Source: an uncultured Actinomycetes bacterium
GTDB lineage: Bacteria > Actinomycetota > UBA4738 > HRBIN12
Reading direction: 5' to 3'
DNA length: 64,000 bases
Assembly (NCBI GenBank): GCA_963704725.1
Contig: OY969934.1
Span: forward strand, 2,240,001-2,304,000
In this document: positions 47,956 to 58,344 of the stretch, piece by piece
How the letters are laid out: each line of letters opens with the position of its first letter
Position numbering within the stretch: the first letter of the stretch is position 1
Notes under the pieces: generated by a model
The model's database searches: none
The model's input: only the letters and a program-made list of their open reading frames with translations
What the model was told of the DNA's origin: nothing
Made by a program: the position numbers and the translations under genes

Positions 47956-48456
47956 TCAACTCCTCGCCACGTTCCCCGCTCCCGGGGCCGGACCGCTTCC
48001 CCTGCCCCAGTCGAACACGGTGCGCGCGGACGCCACGTCCGCGTAGGGGACGCGCAGCTCTCCGCCCTCGGAAGCGATCACGATCGCCTCCGCGTCGGCC
48101 GAGACCAGCGCGCCCTCGTGCACCCGGCGGCCACCGACCGGCTCCGCCGTCTTCACCTTCACCTGCTGCCCGACGCTCCGCTCGAAGTGCCGCGGCTCGC
48201 GAAGCGTCCGCTCCAGGCCCGGCGAGCTCACCTCGAGCGAGTACGGTCGGTCCCCGGAGAAGCCCTCCAGGTCCAGGCGCCGGGAGAGCCGCTCGGACGT
48301 CTGGGAGATCGTCTCCAGATCCACCCCGCCGTCCCGATCCACGGTGACCCGGAGGATCATCCGGCCGCTCTCCTTGCGGAAGGAGACGTCCCACAGCTCG
48401 AGACCGGATGCCTCGACGACCGGCCCCACCAGATCCTCGACGCGTGCGCCCATCAC
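47956..48456 (-). CDS. rimP: Ribosome maturation factor RimP
   Basis: YSLEVSSPGLER; first gene of the nusA-infB operon. Confidence 0.95.
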   Translation of the reverse strand: MMGARVEDLVGPVVEASGLELWDVSFRKESGRMILRVTVDRDGGVDLETISQTSERLSRRLDLEGFSGDRPYSLEVSSPGLERTLREPRHFERSVGQQVKVKTAEPVGGRRVHEGALVSADAEAIVIASEGGELRVPYADVASARTVFDWGRGSGPAPGAGNVARS

Positions 48457-48482
48457 CGGCGCCCTCCCGAAGCGCCCTGTCG

Positions 48483-48510
48483 AAAAAGAAAGTGGGCGCG
48501 AAGCCCACTC
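48483..48510 (-). terminator. rimP leader attenuator hairpin
   Basis: GAGUGGGC-UUCGC-GCCCACUU followed by UCUUUUU; -10 TATACT at 48546-48541. Confidence 0.8.
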
Positions 48511-48592
48511 ACGGGTGACACCTGCTCCCTCGACCGACCGAGTATAGCCGACCGGCTCGAAGACGAACCCGAATCCGCAGGTCAGCGGCCTG

Positions 48593-48874
48593 CTAGAGGG
48601 CGCGGCGTTGCCCGCCCGGGCGGTTCCAGTGATCCCTGGCGTTCATCCGCCGGACGATCCTGGGGTCGCCCCAGCCCCGGTGCATCCGCAGCCCGAGCTC
48701 GGCGCAGACGGCCTCGGCCTCTTCCTCGCCGCCGAGCTCGTCCCGGACCCAGTTGCCCTCCACGTCCACCAGGAGCAGATCCCAGGTTCCCCGGCCCACG
48801 CGCTGCAGGACGGCCTCCACCTCACGGTGGAGCTTGGCGAAGTCACGGAGCGCGTTCGGGGCTCGCTTCGGCAC
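48593..48874 (-). CDS. Hypothetical protein (93 aa)
   Basis: GC3-rich ORF; leaderless-type TACGCT-7-GTG. Confidence 0.65.
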   Translation of the reverse strand: MPKRAPNALRDFAKLHREVEAVLQRVGRGTWDLLLVDVEGNWVRDELGGEEEAEAVCAELGLRMHRGWGDPRIVRRMNARDHWNRPGGQRRAL

Positions 48875-48920
48875 GACGCGGAGCGTAGCGCCCCGCGGGG
48901 CGGCCAGGGATCGCCCGCCG

Positions 48921-50654
48921 CTACGGCGCGCCGGCGAGGAGGTCCACCACGGCCCCGGGGACGTCCCGAAGGGACACCGACGATCGCTCGCCGGTCGCCC
49001 GCATCTTGAGGTCGGCCGTGCCGGCCTCGACCCCTCGCCGGCCCACGACCACCTGGACGGGATGGCCCACCAGGTCGGCGTCGGCGAACTTCACGCCCGC
49101 CCGCTCCTCCCGGTCGTCGAGGAGGGCCTCGACACCACGCTCGAGCAGGGACGCGTAGATCCCCTCGGCCTCGTTCACGACGCGCTCGTCGTCGCGGTTG
49201 GCCACGATCACCACGGCCTCGAAGGGCGCGAGCACCGCCGGGAACCTCAGTCCCGCCTCGTCGTGGTACTGCTCCGCGACCGAGGCGAGGATGCGCGAGA
49301 TTCCGATGCCGTGGCTGCCCATCTGGTACGGACGCACCGACCCGTCCTCGTCGACGAACGTCGCCTCGAGCGGTCCGGAGTACTTGGTCCCCAGCTGGTA
49401 GATGTGCCCCACGACGATCGATCGGTCCACGTGGAGCTCGCCGCCGTCGACCGGGCAGCGATCGCCGTCGCGGATCTGCACGACTTCGCCGTACTCCGTC
49501 ACGTCGAAGTCCCGGCCGGCGTTGGCTCCCCGCAGGTGGAGGTCGGGCGCGTTGGCGCCGACCACCCAGTTCCGGCTGCCGCGTACCGAGACGTCGGCCA
49601 GGACCGTCCCGGCGTGCCCGGGACCGAACGCCTGCGGGCCGACGAAGCCTTTGACCAGCCCCGCCCGCTCGAAGTCGGCGTCCTCGAACGGCCGCACCTT
49701 GGCCGGGAAGTAACGCTGCTCGAGCTTCTCGACGTTCACCTCGCGGTCGCCCGGAACGCAGACCGCGAGCGTCTCCGCGTCCTTCGTCGACTCCGCGTCG
49801 ACCGAGAACATCATGCATTTGAGGACGCGGCTCTGCGCGACGCCGAGGACGCTCGCGACGCTCTCGATCGTGGCGGCCCCGGGGGTCGGCACGGGCTCCG
49901 GCGGCTCGAGGGGGGACGCTTCGTCGATCTCGGGCGGCCGGGGCGTCGCCGCCTTCCAGTCCGCCAGGTAGTCCCCGTTCTCGCACTCGACGAACAGATC
50001 CTCCCCGACGTCGGCGCGGGCCATGAACTCGTGGTTGACCCCACCGCCGATCTGTCCCGGCTCGGCCTCGACCACCACGTACGAGAGCCGGCACCGATCG
50101 AAGATGCGGCGGTACGCCTGGAGCATCGCGTCGTACGAGCGAGCCATCCCCTCCTCGTCCCGATCGAAGGTGTACGCGTCCTTCATCAGGAACTCGCGGC
50201 CGCGGAGCAGTCCGAAGCGGGGGCGGAACTCGTCGCGGTACTTCCACTCGATCTGATACAGGTTCACCGGCAGGTCCCGGTAGGAGGGCAGCTCGGCCTG
50301 GACCAGGAGCGTCGCGACCTCCTCCTGGGTGGGGCCGAGGAGCAGCTCCCGGTCGTGCCGGTCCCGGAGCCGGAACAGCGTGTCGCCGTAGAGGTCCCAC
50401 CGCCCCGTGGCCTTCCACGGATCGGCGGGCAGCACGATCGGCATGCGCAGCTCCTGCGCCCCGGAGCGATCCATCTCCTCGCGCACGATCCGTTCGATCT
50501 TCCGGATGCAGCGCAGGCCGAGCGGGAGCGTCGTGTACACCCCGGCCGCCACCTGACGGATGAAGCCGGCGCGCAGCAGCAGCCGGTGCGACGGGACCTC
50601 CGCCTCCGCGGGATCCTCGCGAAGCGTGGGCGCGAACAGATGGGAGAGCCTCAT
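48921..50654 (-). CDS. proS: Proline--tRNA ligase with editing insertion domain
   Basis: LGPTQEE, RDEFRPRFGLLRGREF, GHIYQLGTKYS. Confidence 0.97.
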   Translation of the reverse strand: MRLSHLFAPTLREDPAEAEVPSHRLLLRAGFIRQVAAGVYTTLPLGLRCIRKIERIVREEMDRSGAQELRMPIVLPADPWKATGRWDLYGDTLFRLRDRHDRELLLGPTQEEVATLLVQAELPSYRDLPVNLYQIEWKYRDEFRPRFGLLRGREFLMKDAYTFDRDEEGMARSYDAMLQAYRRIFDRCRLSYVVVEAEPGQIGGGVNHEFMARADVGEDLFVECENGDYLADWKAATPRPPEIDEASPLEPPEPVPTPGAATIESVASVLGVAQSRVLKCMMFSVDAESTKDAETLAVCVPGDREVNVEKLEQRYFPAKVRPFEDADFERAGLVKGFVGPQAFGPGHAGTVLADVSVRGSRNWVVGANAPDLHLRGANAGRDFDVTEYGEVVQIRDGDRCPVDGGELHVDRSIVVGHIYQLGTKYSGPLEATFVDEDGSVRPYQMGSHGIGISRILASVAEQYHDEAGLRFPAVLAPFEAVVIVANRDDERVVNEAEGIYASLLERGVEALLDDREERAGVKFADADLVGHPVQVVVGRRGVEAGTADLKMRATGERSSVSLRDVPGAVVDLLAGAP

Positions 50655-50694
50655 GGGGGCCCTCAGGATAGCGGCAGCACGGCGGGTACCCCGG

Positions 50695-52296
50695 TCACAC
50701 GTGCTGGACGAGGTTGACGAACTGCCGCCACGTGTTCGCGTCGACGGCGTACTGGTTGAAGGTGGCGATCACGGCTGGATTCGTCGGGTCCCGGTTGATC
50801 CCCGTGAAGTCGCCCCACCGCTGCGGAGGAGCCCCCGGGGTCGCGCTGTACGTCGCCAGGCCCGCCTTGAGCAGCACCTGGGTGGCCTCGGTCTTGCCCG
50901 GCGCGATCTCTGCCACCCACGCCGAGAGGAACTCGCCGGTGATGGCGCTGGCCCGGTTGTACGTGACGAACAGGTTCCCGGCGCCGTCCGTGGCCACCGA
51001 GGGCCAGCCGGTGTCGACCTCGGGGGCGCCGACGATCCCCTTGCGCGCGAGCGCCGATCTCGACAGCCTCGTGGCCGGCGTCACCTCGTACCAGCGGACG
51101 GCGGCCTCGGGGTTCGCCCCGGTCACCGCATCGGGCTTGAGATCCTTGAACACCGTGTGGGCGGTGAACAGCTGCCGCGCGTCCGCGTCGTAGAAGGCGT
51201 TGACCAGGCGGCCGTCGCCGGCGTCCCAGAACAGGTCCTGGTCGTTCAGGTCCGCGCCCCCCTGCGTGCCGAAGGAGGGAGGCCCCACCCGCCCGACCGG
51301 GAGGAGGCCCTTCTTCAGGACCAGGCCTCCGGCGGTGACCTTGATCCGCCACAGGACGAGGTACGACCCGCGGCCGATCACCCGAGCCGAGACGAGGAGC
51401 TGCGACGTCGCCGGCAGATCGACCGTCTGCGCCGGCTGCAGGGTGAAGGCCTGGACGCCGACGGGATCCCGCGTCTGGGTGCCGACGAACACGTCCGGCA
51501 CCGGGCGGGGGACGACCGTGCAGTCGTACAGCGATGCCTTGGGGATCGACATCACCTGCGCGTACCGGAACCGCGCGTCCTCGGTCGGGAACGTGAACTC
51601 GTTCGTCGCGATCGTGACCCGATCCTGGTCGTAGCCGAGCCCCGGGTAGTCGGCCCACAGCGCCGGGGCGTCGGCCACCTGGTCCCCCTCGAACTTCGTC
51701 GCACACCAGGTGGCGGGATCGGCCGCCGTGGCGTTCGGGATCGCCACCGCCACGATGTTCGACAGGGCCGGCGCGTCCTCCTGGACCAGGTACACGAGCA
51801 CGAAGGTCTCGTTGTACTGGTCGTAGACGACTTTGGGGTCGTAGGTGAAATGCCCCGCAGTATCGGGGTGGAGCGTGTCGAGCTGGATCGGCGCCAGGAC
51901 CTGTCCGCCCGTCCGGTCGTACACCGCGACCTGGGTGTTGACCGCCGTCACGAAGTAGGTGCCGCCCAGGGCGCCGATCGTGTCCGCCGGGATCGCGATC
52001 GGATCAGAGAGCGCATCGAACCCCAGGACCGATTGCGGGGTCCGCGGGCTCGCGGCGGGCGGCGCCGGCGCGACGTCCGCGTTCGCCGTGACAGGCCGGC
52101 TCCGCCCGAAGACGCCGAACGAGCTCGCCAGGCGTCGCGACGTGCCGGCGTCGTGGCCGTGGACGATCGGCGCGGCGGCGAGCCGGGATCCGGGTCGCGC
52201 GTCCGGCACTCGATCGGCGACCGCCGGCGATGCCGGGAGCGCAGCACCGGCCGCGAGCACCGACACGACCGACACGAGCCGAACGAACCTGCGCAT
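50695..52296 (-). CDS. Secreted hypothetical protein, possibly beta-propeller-like
   Basis: Signal peptide; PADTIGALG...AVN, DPKVVYD, ADYP, RWGDF. Confidence 0.75.
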   Translation of the reverse strand: MRRFVRLVSVVSVLAAGAALPASPAVADRVPDARPGSRLAAAPIVHGHDAGTSRRLASSFGVFGRSRPVTANADVAPAPPAASPRTPQSVLGFDALSDPIAIPADTIGALGGTYFVTAVNTQVAVYDRTGGQVLAPIQLDTLHPDTAGHFTYDPKVVYDQYNETFVLVYLVQEDAPALSNIVAVAIPNATAADPATWCATKFEGDQVADAPALWADYPGLGYDQDRVTIATNEFTFPTEDARFRYAQVMSIPKASLYDCTVVPRPVPDVFVGTQTRDPVGVQAFTLQPAQTVDLPATSQLLVSARVIGRGSYLVLWRIKVTAGGLVLKKGLLPVGRVGPPSFGTQGGADLNDQDLFWDAGDGRLVNAFYDADARQLFTAHTVFKDLKPDAVTGANPEAAVRWYEVTPATRLSRSALARKGIVGAPEVDTGWPSVATDGAGNLFVTYNRASAITGEFLSAWVAEIAPGKTEATQVLLKAGLATYSATPGAPPQRWGDFTGINRDPTNPAVIATFNQYAVDANTWRQFVNLVQHV

Positions 52297-52409
52297 CGCA
52301 GAACCCCCCCGCCTCGACTGCGCGGGACCCTATCCGACGGTGGTTTCCCCGTCACGTTCGCGCCGGTGCGTTGACGCGGGCCGGGACCGGGTGCGACCAT
52401 CGCCCCGGC

Positions 52410-52454
52410 ATGACCGAACGCGCGCACCGCTGGTCTTGGCGCCGGGGCGTTTGA
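52410..52454 (+). CDS. trpL: trp leader peptide MTERAHRWSWRRGV
   Basis: 14-aa ORF with two Trp codons upstream of trpE, followed by alternative hairpins. Confidence 0.75.
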   Translation: MTERAHRWSWRRGV

Positions 52455-52565
52455 CGCCCGGCTCGAGCGCGTTCGGCTGACAACCGAGAGTCCCGCGACG
52501 AGTCCCCGGGCGAGTCCCGGGGTTCTGCGTCTTCCGGGACCGTCGCGGGCTGGAGGCCGAGACAC

Positions 52566-54038
52566 ATGAGGGTCCACCCCGAGCGAGCCGCGTTCGACGA
52601 GCTCGCCACCGCGAACCCCCTCGTGCCCGTGTGGACCGAGCTCCTGGCCGACGTCTCCACGCCGGTGGGGGTCTTCCCGGCGCTGGCCGGGTCCGGGCCG
52701 GGGATCCTGCTGGAGAGCGTGGAGCGCTCCGAGCGCTGGGGGCGGTACTCCTTCGTGGCCGGTGACCCGGCGGCCGTCGTCGTCGCCGACCCCGGTGGCG
52801 TCCGGGTCGAGAGCGTCGCCCGGGACCTGGGGTTCGACGGCCCGCGGACCGGAGACGCCCGCGCGGACCTCGTCGCGCTGGCCGGACGGCTCCGGGCCCC
52901 GCGCACGGACGGCCTGCCGTCGCTGACCGGCGGCCTGATGGGGTTCCTGTCCTACGAGGCCGCGGCGCTCCTGGACGGCCACCCCTTCCCGAGCGGCGAG
53001 GCGCCGTGCCCGCCGGTCGGCCTCCTCGTCGTCGACCGGGCCGTCGTGTTCGACCATTGGCGGCAGCGGCTCCTGCTCGTCGCCCACGTTCCGAAGGGAG
53101 GCTACGACGACGGGGTCCGCGCGCTCGAGGAGCTCTCGGCGCGCCTCGCGTCCTCGGACCCGCCGCGCCCAGAGCCGCCGGCGCCCGGCGAGATCCCCGA
53201 CGGCGCCGGCGAGCCCAACATGCCCGACGAGCGGTTCCGGGAGATCGTGCGGTCGATGCAGGAGCACGTGTTCGCCGGCGACATCTACCAGGGCGTGCCG
53301 TCGAGGCGGGTGAGCTTCCCCTCGGTGCGGGGCGGCTTCCCCGTGTACCGGCGCCTGCGCGTCACGAACCCCGCCCCGTACATGTTCTTCGTCCGCATGC
53401 TCGGGATCGAGCTCGCGGGGTCCTCCCCCGAGCCGCTCGTGCGCGTCGAGGGCCGCACCGTCACGACGCGCCCCATCGCCGGGACGAGGCCGCGCGGCGA
53501 GACCGAGCTGCGCGACCGGCTCTACGAGCACGAGCTCCTGGCCGACCCCAAGGAGCGGGCCGAGCACGCCATGCTGGTCGACCTGGCCCGCAACGACCTC
53601 GGCCGCGTGTGCACCGCGGGGACGGTGCGCCCCACCGAACTCATGGTGGTCGAGCGGTTCTCGAAGGTCATGCACATCGTGAGCACGGTGGAAGGCGAGC
53701 TCGCCGAGGGGTTCCATCCCCTGGATGCGCTCGCCGTGACCTTCCCGCACGGCACGGTCACCGGCGCGCCGAAGCGCCGCGCGATGGAGCTGATCGCCGA
53801 GCTCGAGCCGACGGCGCGCGGGCCCTACGCCGGCGCGGTCGGGTACTGCACGTTCGCCGGGGACCTGGACTTCTGCATCACGATCCGGACGGCTGTGGTG
53901 GCCGAGGGCCGGGTGCACGTGCAGACCGGAGCTGGCGTGGTGGCCGATTCGGATCCGGAGACCGAGCTCGCCGAGACCAAGTGGAAGGCCCGGGCGTTGG
54001 TTCCGGCGGTGCTCGAGGTGGAGGCGACCGAGCCATGA
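52566..54038 (+). CDS. trpE: Anthranilate synthase component I
   Basis: LLES, NPAPYM, GSSPE, PIAGT, EHAMLVDLARND; Trp leader upstream. Confidence 0.92.
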   Translation: MRVHPERAAFDELATANPLVPVWTELLADVSTPVGVFPALAGSGPGILLESVERSERWGRYSFVAGDPAAVVVADPGGVRVESVARDLGFDGPRTGDARADLVALAGRLRAPRTDGLPSLTGGLMGFLSYEAAALLDGHPFPSGEAPCPPVGLLVVDRAVVFDHWRQRLLLVAHVPKGGYDDGVRALEELSARLASSDPPRPEPPAPGEIPDGAGEPNMPDERFREIVRSMQEHVFAGDIYQGVPSRRVSFPSVRGGFPVYRRLRVTNPAPYMFFVRMLGIELAGSSPEPLVRVEGRTVTTRPIAGTRPRGETELRDRLYEHELLADPKERAEHAMLVDLARNDLGRVCTAGTVRPTELMVVERFSKVMHIVSTVEGELAEGFHPLDALAVTFPHGTVTGAPKRRAMELIAELEPTARGPYAGAVGYCTFAGDLDFCITIRTAVVAEGRVHVQTGAGVVADSDPETELAETKWKARALVPAVLEVEATEP

Positions 54039-54604
54039 TCCTCGTCGTGGATCACTACGACAGCTTCACCTACAACCTCGTGCAGCTCATCGAGAGCCTC
54101 GGGGAGCGCACGGAGGTCGTGAAGAGCGACGCCGAGCCGGCCGAGGACCTCGCGGCGCGGCGCCCTGCGGCGGTGGTCCTTTCTCCCGGCCCCGGCCGGC
54201 CCGAGGACGCCGGCTGCTTCCCCCGCCTGCTCGAGATCCTGCCCCCCCGGACGCCCCTGCTCGGCGTGTGCCTGGGGCATCAGGCGCTCGGGGTCGCCGC
54301 GGGAGGCGCCGTCGCGCGGACCACGCCGGTGCACGGCAAGGCCTCCCTGGTGCACCACGAGGGACGGGGGATCCTGGCCGGGGTGACGAACCCGTTCGAG
54401 GCCGGCCGCTACCACTCGCTCGTCGTGGTCCGCGACGGCCTGCCGGCCGAGCTCGAGCTGACCGCGTGGAGCGAGGACGATCTGGTCATGGCGACACAGC
54501 ACCGCGAGCTCCCGCGCTTCGGCGTGCAGTTCCATCCCGAGTCGATCCTCACGCCCGAGGGCCCGAAGATCGTCCGGAACTTCCTCGCGCTGGCGCGCGC
54601 GTAG
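54035..54604 (+). CDS. trpG: Anthranilate synthase component II
   Basis: DSFTYNL, SPGPG, GVCLGHQ, RYHS, QFHPES. Confidence 0.92.
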   Translation: MILVVDHYDSFTYNLVQLIESLGERTEVVKSDAEPAEDLAARRPAAVVLSPGPGRPEDAGCFPRLLEILPPRTPLLGVCLGHQALGVAAGGAVARTTPVHGKASLVHHEGRGILAGVTNPFEAGRYHSLVVVRDGLPAELELTAWSEDDLVMATQHRELPRFGVQFHPESILTPEGPKIVRNFLALARA

Positions 54605-54622
54605 CGTTCGCGACCCGACGCG

Positions 54623-55705
54623 TTAGCCGGGCGCGGTCTCGGCGGCGATCCGGCGGGCCTCCTCCATGAGGCGCTCGACGAACCGATCCTCGGGGATCTT
54701 GTCGACGACCTCGCCCTTGACGACGAGGAAGCCCTGGCCCTTGCCGGCCGCGATCCCCAGGTCGGCCTCCCGCGCCTCACCCGGACCATTGACCACGCAG
54801 CCCATCACGGCGACCCGGATGGGGACCTTCAGCCCCTCGCGCTCGAGCGCCTCGTGCACCCGCTTGGTGAGGCCGAGCACGTCGACCTCGGCCCGGCCGC
54901 AGCTCGGGCAGGCCACGAGGTCGAGGCCGCGCTTGCGAAGCCCGAGCCCCTGCAGGATCCACGTCCCCACCTTGACCTCCTCCACGGGGTCGTCGGTGAG
55001 GCTGACGCGGATCGTGTCGCCGATCCCCTCGGCCAGCAGCGCCCCGATGCCCACGGCGCTCTTTACCCCGCCCATCGGCATCGGCCCCGCCTCCGTCACG
55101 CCGAGGTGCAGGGGGTAGTCGCACTTCTCCGCGAGCTGCCGGTACGCCTCGATCATCACCCTCGGGTTCGAGTGCTTCACCGAGATCTTGATGTCGAAGA
55201 AGTCCTCGTCCTCCAAGATCCGCGCCTCGTTCAGGGCGCTCTCCACGAGCGCCTCGGGCGTGGGCGCTCCGTACCGCTCGAGCAGCTCCTTCTCCAGCGA
55301 GCCGGCGTTCACGCCGATCCGGATCGGCACGCCGCGAGCCTTCGCCTCCTTCGAGATCAGGCGGACCTTGTCGTGGTACTTGATGTTGCCGGGGTTGATG
55401 CGGAGACCCTGGATCCCCGCCTCGAGAGCCGCCATCGCGTACTTCCACTGGAAGTGGATGTCGGCGACGACCGGCACCGTGGACTTGGCGGCGATCGTGG
55501 CCAGCGCCTCGGCGTCGTCCCAGTGAGGGACGGCGACGCGGACGATGTCGACCCCGGCCGCCACGAGCGAGGCGATCTGCTGCAGGGTCGCGTTGACGTC
55601 GGCGGTCTTCGTCGTCGTCATCGACTGGACGCGCACGGGCGCGTCGCCGCCGATGGTGACACCGCCGAGCGTGATCTGCCGGGTCTTCCTCCGCGTCGCG
55701 AGCAT
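54623..55705 (-). CDS. ispG: HMBPP synthase
   Basis: [32 protein letters not shown]. Confidence 0.97.
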   Translation of the reverse strand: MLATRRKTRQITLGGVTIGGDAPVRVQSMTTTKTADVNATLQQIASLVAAGVDIVRVAVPHWDDAEALATIAAKSTVPVVADIHFQWKYAMAALEAGIQGLRINPGNIKYHDKVRLISKEAKARGVPIRIGVNAGSLEKELLERYGAPTPEALVESALNEARILEDEDFFDIKISVKHSNPRVMIEAYRQLAEKCDYPLHLGVTEAGPMPMGGVKSAVGIGALLAEGIGDTIRVSLTDDPVEEVKVGTWILQGLGLRKRGLDLVACPSCGRAEVDVLGLTKRVHEALEREGLKVPIRVAVMGCVVNGPGEAREADLGIAAGKGQGFLVVKGEVVDKIPEDRFVERLMEEARRIAAETAPG

Positions 55706-55779
55706 CGATGCCTTCCTCGGGGCCTGCGTTCGCCTCGGGCTCACTGCTCGAGGCCCCGGACCCCGCCAGTCTCCCAGGC

Positions 55780-56229
55780 CTATGCGCCGAACACGTGGAA
55801 CACGACCTGGCGCCCCTTCGGCTCGTCCATCTCGAACAGGATGAGCCGCTGCCACCGGCCGAGCATCGGCTCGCCGGCAGCCACCGGGATCGCGTGCGAG
55901 GACGCCGACAAGAGCATCGCCTTCACGTGGGAGGGGCCGTTGCGCCGCTCGTGCGACTCGTCGAGGTTCTGCGTGCGGCGCGCCAGGTCGTCGTGGGCGT
56001 AGTACACGTCGTCGGGCACGAGCTTGAGCATGCGGTTGCGGAAGTCCTCGAGCGCGCCCGACTCCCATTCATTGATCAGCAACGCGCAGGTCGTGTGGGC
56101 GCAGAAGGCCACTGCAGCGCCGTCGGTCACGCCGGAGTCCTTGATCGCGCGCTCCAGCTCCTCGGTGAGGTCGAGGTAGGCGTACCGGCTGGGTGCGGCG
56201 ACCTCGACGGTGGTCGTGGCGGACTTCAT
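55780..56229 (-). CDS. YjbQ (UPF0047) family protein
   Basis: [20 protein letters not shown]; SD GGAGGAG. Confidence 0.92.
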   Translation of the reverse strand: MKSATTTVEVAAPSRYAYLDLTEELERAIKDSGVTDGAAVAFCAHTTCALLINEWESGALEDFRNRMLKLVPDDVYYAHDDLARRTQNLDESHERRNGPSHVKAMLLSASSHAIPVAAGEPMLGRWQRLILFEMDEPKGRQVVFHVFGA

Positions 56230-56252
56230 CGACTCCTCCTCGTCCTTCGGCT

Positions 56253-56315
56253 GATCCCTTGGCGGCCGATCGCTTGGCGGCTCATCCCTTGGCACGTCCC
56301 CTGGCTCGTCCCTGG
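56253..56315. repeat. Degenerate 12-15-bp tandem repeat at the kinase/yjbQ junction
   Basis: GATCCCTTGGCGGCC / GATCGCTTGGCGGCT / CATCCCTTGGCACGT / CCCCTGGCTCGT. Confidence 0.65.
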
Positions 56316-57652
56316 TTCGGCCGCTCGTCCACCGGTCTGCGGACGGGGAGCTCGAACGTGAACGTACTGCCCTTGCCCGGCTCGCTCTCGGCCCAGATGC
56401 GGCCGCCGTGCGCCTCGACGACCGAGCGCGCGATGGCGAGCCCGATCCCCGTTCCGCCCTCGTCCCGCGAACGCGACGTGTCGACCCGGTAGAAGCGTTC
56501 GAACACCCTCGGCAGGTGCTCCGGAGCGATGCCCGGTCCGGTGTCCCGGACGGCGACGTCGACCGATCCGTTGTGTCCGGAGGCGGAGACGCTGATCCGC
56601 CCGCCGGCCGGCGTGAACCGCACCGCGTTGTCGAGCAGGTTGAAGAGCACCTGGTGGACCCGCTCGGCGTCGGCGAAGACCGGCGGCAGGTCCTCCGGAA
56701 CCTCCTGCGCAAGCTCCACGTCATGGCGCTGACGGGTCACGTCGATCTCCGAGAGCACCCGGGCCACGAGCGGCCGCAGCCGTACGGGCTCCCGATGCAG
56801 CGGGATCTCGCCCGACTCGAGGCGCGAGAGCTCGAGCAGCTGGTCGACCAGCCTCCCCAGGCGCTCGGACTGCGCCAGCATGACCTGCAGGGTCCTGGGC
56901 TCCGGACGCTCCACGCCGTCGAGGAGGTTCTCCAGGTGCGCCCGCAGGGCCGAGATCGGCGTCTTCAGCTCGTGGGACACGTTCGCCATCAGATCGCGCC
57001 GGACCTGCTCGAGGCTCTCCAGCTCCGAGCTCATCCGGTTGAACGCCACCGCGAGCTGGCCGACCTCGTCGCGCGACGCCGTCACGACCCGCTGACGGTA
57101 GTCGCCGCGCTCCATCTGCCGGGCGGCTCTCGCCATGTCGCGGAGCGGCTGCGTCATGCCCCGCGCCAGCCACCGGGCCACGATCAACGCGAGACCGGCG
57201 GCGACGACCCCGGCACCGAGCAGCTGCCACCAGAACCGGAACAGGAACCGCGTCGAGGCGACCACGAACCGCGGCTCCTCGCGAACGGCGTACAGCATCC
57301 CGCCGTCGCCGACGCGCAGCGGGACGGCCGCGTACTCCACGCCGTTGGCCACCCCCACGTGGACGCCCCCCGCGAACCGGGTCGGCTCCCCCAGCCGGGG
57401 CCCCACCCATACGAAGGCGTCGTCCTGCAGCCGGGCCAGCGAGGTGCCCTCGGGCGCGGCGCTGTCGAGCGTCGCGCTGCGAGCCTGGGCCAGCCGGAGC
57501 AGATCGACGAGGTCCGCGTCGCGGAAGGAGTTGCGCAGCGCCAACGCGAGGAGGAAGTAGACGAGGACCACCGTCAGGCCGACGGCGAACACGATGACCG
57601 ACCCGAGCTTGGCCCGGATCGTGGGCAGCTTCTCCAGGGGCCGCATGCTCAT
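56282..57652 (-). CDS. HAMP-domain sensor histidine kinase
   Basis: Two TM helices, HAMP, SHELKTP, NLLDNA, DTGPG, GTGIGL. Confidence 0.95.
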   Translation of the reverse strand: MSMRPLEKLPTIRAKLGSVIVFAVGLTVVLVYFLLALALRNSFRDADLVDLLRLAQARSATLDSAAPEGTSLARLQDDAFVWVGPRLGEPTRFAGGVHVGVANGVEYAAVPLRVGDGGMLYAVREEPRFVVASTRFLFRFWWQLLGAGVVAAGLALIVARWLARGMTQPLRDMARAARQMERGDYRQRVVTASRDEVGQLAVAFNRMSSELESLEQVRRDLMANVSHELKTPISALRAHLENLLDGVERPEPRTLQVMLAQSERLGRLVDQLLELSRLESGEIPLHREPVRLRPLVARVLSEIDVTRQRHDVELAQEVPEDLPPVFADAERVHQVLFNLLDNAVRFTPAGGRISVSASGHNGSVDVAVRDTGPGIAPEHLPRVFERFYRVDTSRSRDEGGTGIGLAIARSVVEAHGGRIWAESEPGKGSTFTFELPVRRPVDERPNQGRARGRAKG

Positions 57653-58344
57653 GCGTCTTCGCGGAACGCGTACCCGACGCCGTGGACGGTGCGGATGAAG
57701 CGCGGGTCGTTGCCGTCCTCGCCGAGCTTGCGCCTGATCCTCGCCACGTGCGAGTCGACCACGCGACCGCCCGCGTAGTCACGGTACCCCCAGACCCGGT
57801 CCATCAGCTGCTCGCGCGTGAAGACGACGCCGGGCTCCCGCGCCAGCGTGAGCAGGATCTCGAACTCCAGCGGCGTGAGCTGGACCTCGGCTCCGTCGAC
57901 CTCCACCCGCCGGCGGGACGGATCGACGGCGATGCCGCCGCGCGAGATCGGCTCGGTCGTGGGCGGCTGGGCGATCCGCTCGACGCGCCGCAGGATGGCG
58001 CGAACGCGCACCGTGAGCTCGCGCAGGCTGAACGGTTTCGTGAGGTAGTCGTCCGCCCCCACGGCGAAGCCGGCGACCTTGTCCGCCTCCTCCGTCCGGG
58101 CGGTGAGCATGAGCACGGGCATCCATCGATCGCGCTGCAGCCGGCGACACACCTCGAGGCCGTCCATCCCCGGCAGCATGAGGTCCAGCACCACGAGGTC
58201 GGGATGCTCACGGTCCGCGGTCTCGAGCGCCTGCGGCCCGTCGCCCGCCACGAGGACCCGGAACCCCTCGTTCTCCAGGCGGGCCCGAACCGCTTCGGCG
58301 ATGGCCTCCTCGTCGTCGACGACGAGGACGGTCTGAGGGATCAC
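57649..58344 (-). CDS. OmpR-family response regulator
   Basis: VVDDE, LDLMLP, ADDYLTKPF, TVHGVGY; leaderless TACGAT-6-GTG. Confidence 0.96.
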   Translation of the reverse strand: MIPQTVLVVDDEEAIAEAVRARLENEGFRVLVAGDGPQALETADREHPDLVVLDLMLPGMDGLEVCRRLQRDRWMPVLMLTARTEEADKVAGFAVGADDYLTKPFSLRELTVRVRAILRRVERIAQPPTTEPISRGGIAVDPSRRRVEVDGAEVQLTPLEFEILLTLAREPGVVFTREQLMDRVWGYRDYAGGRVVDSHVARIRRKLGEDGNDPRFIRTVHGVGYAFREDA

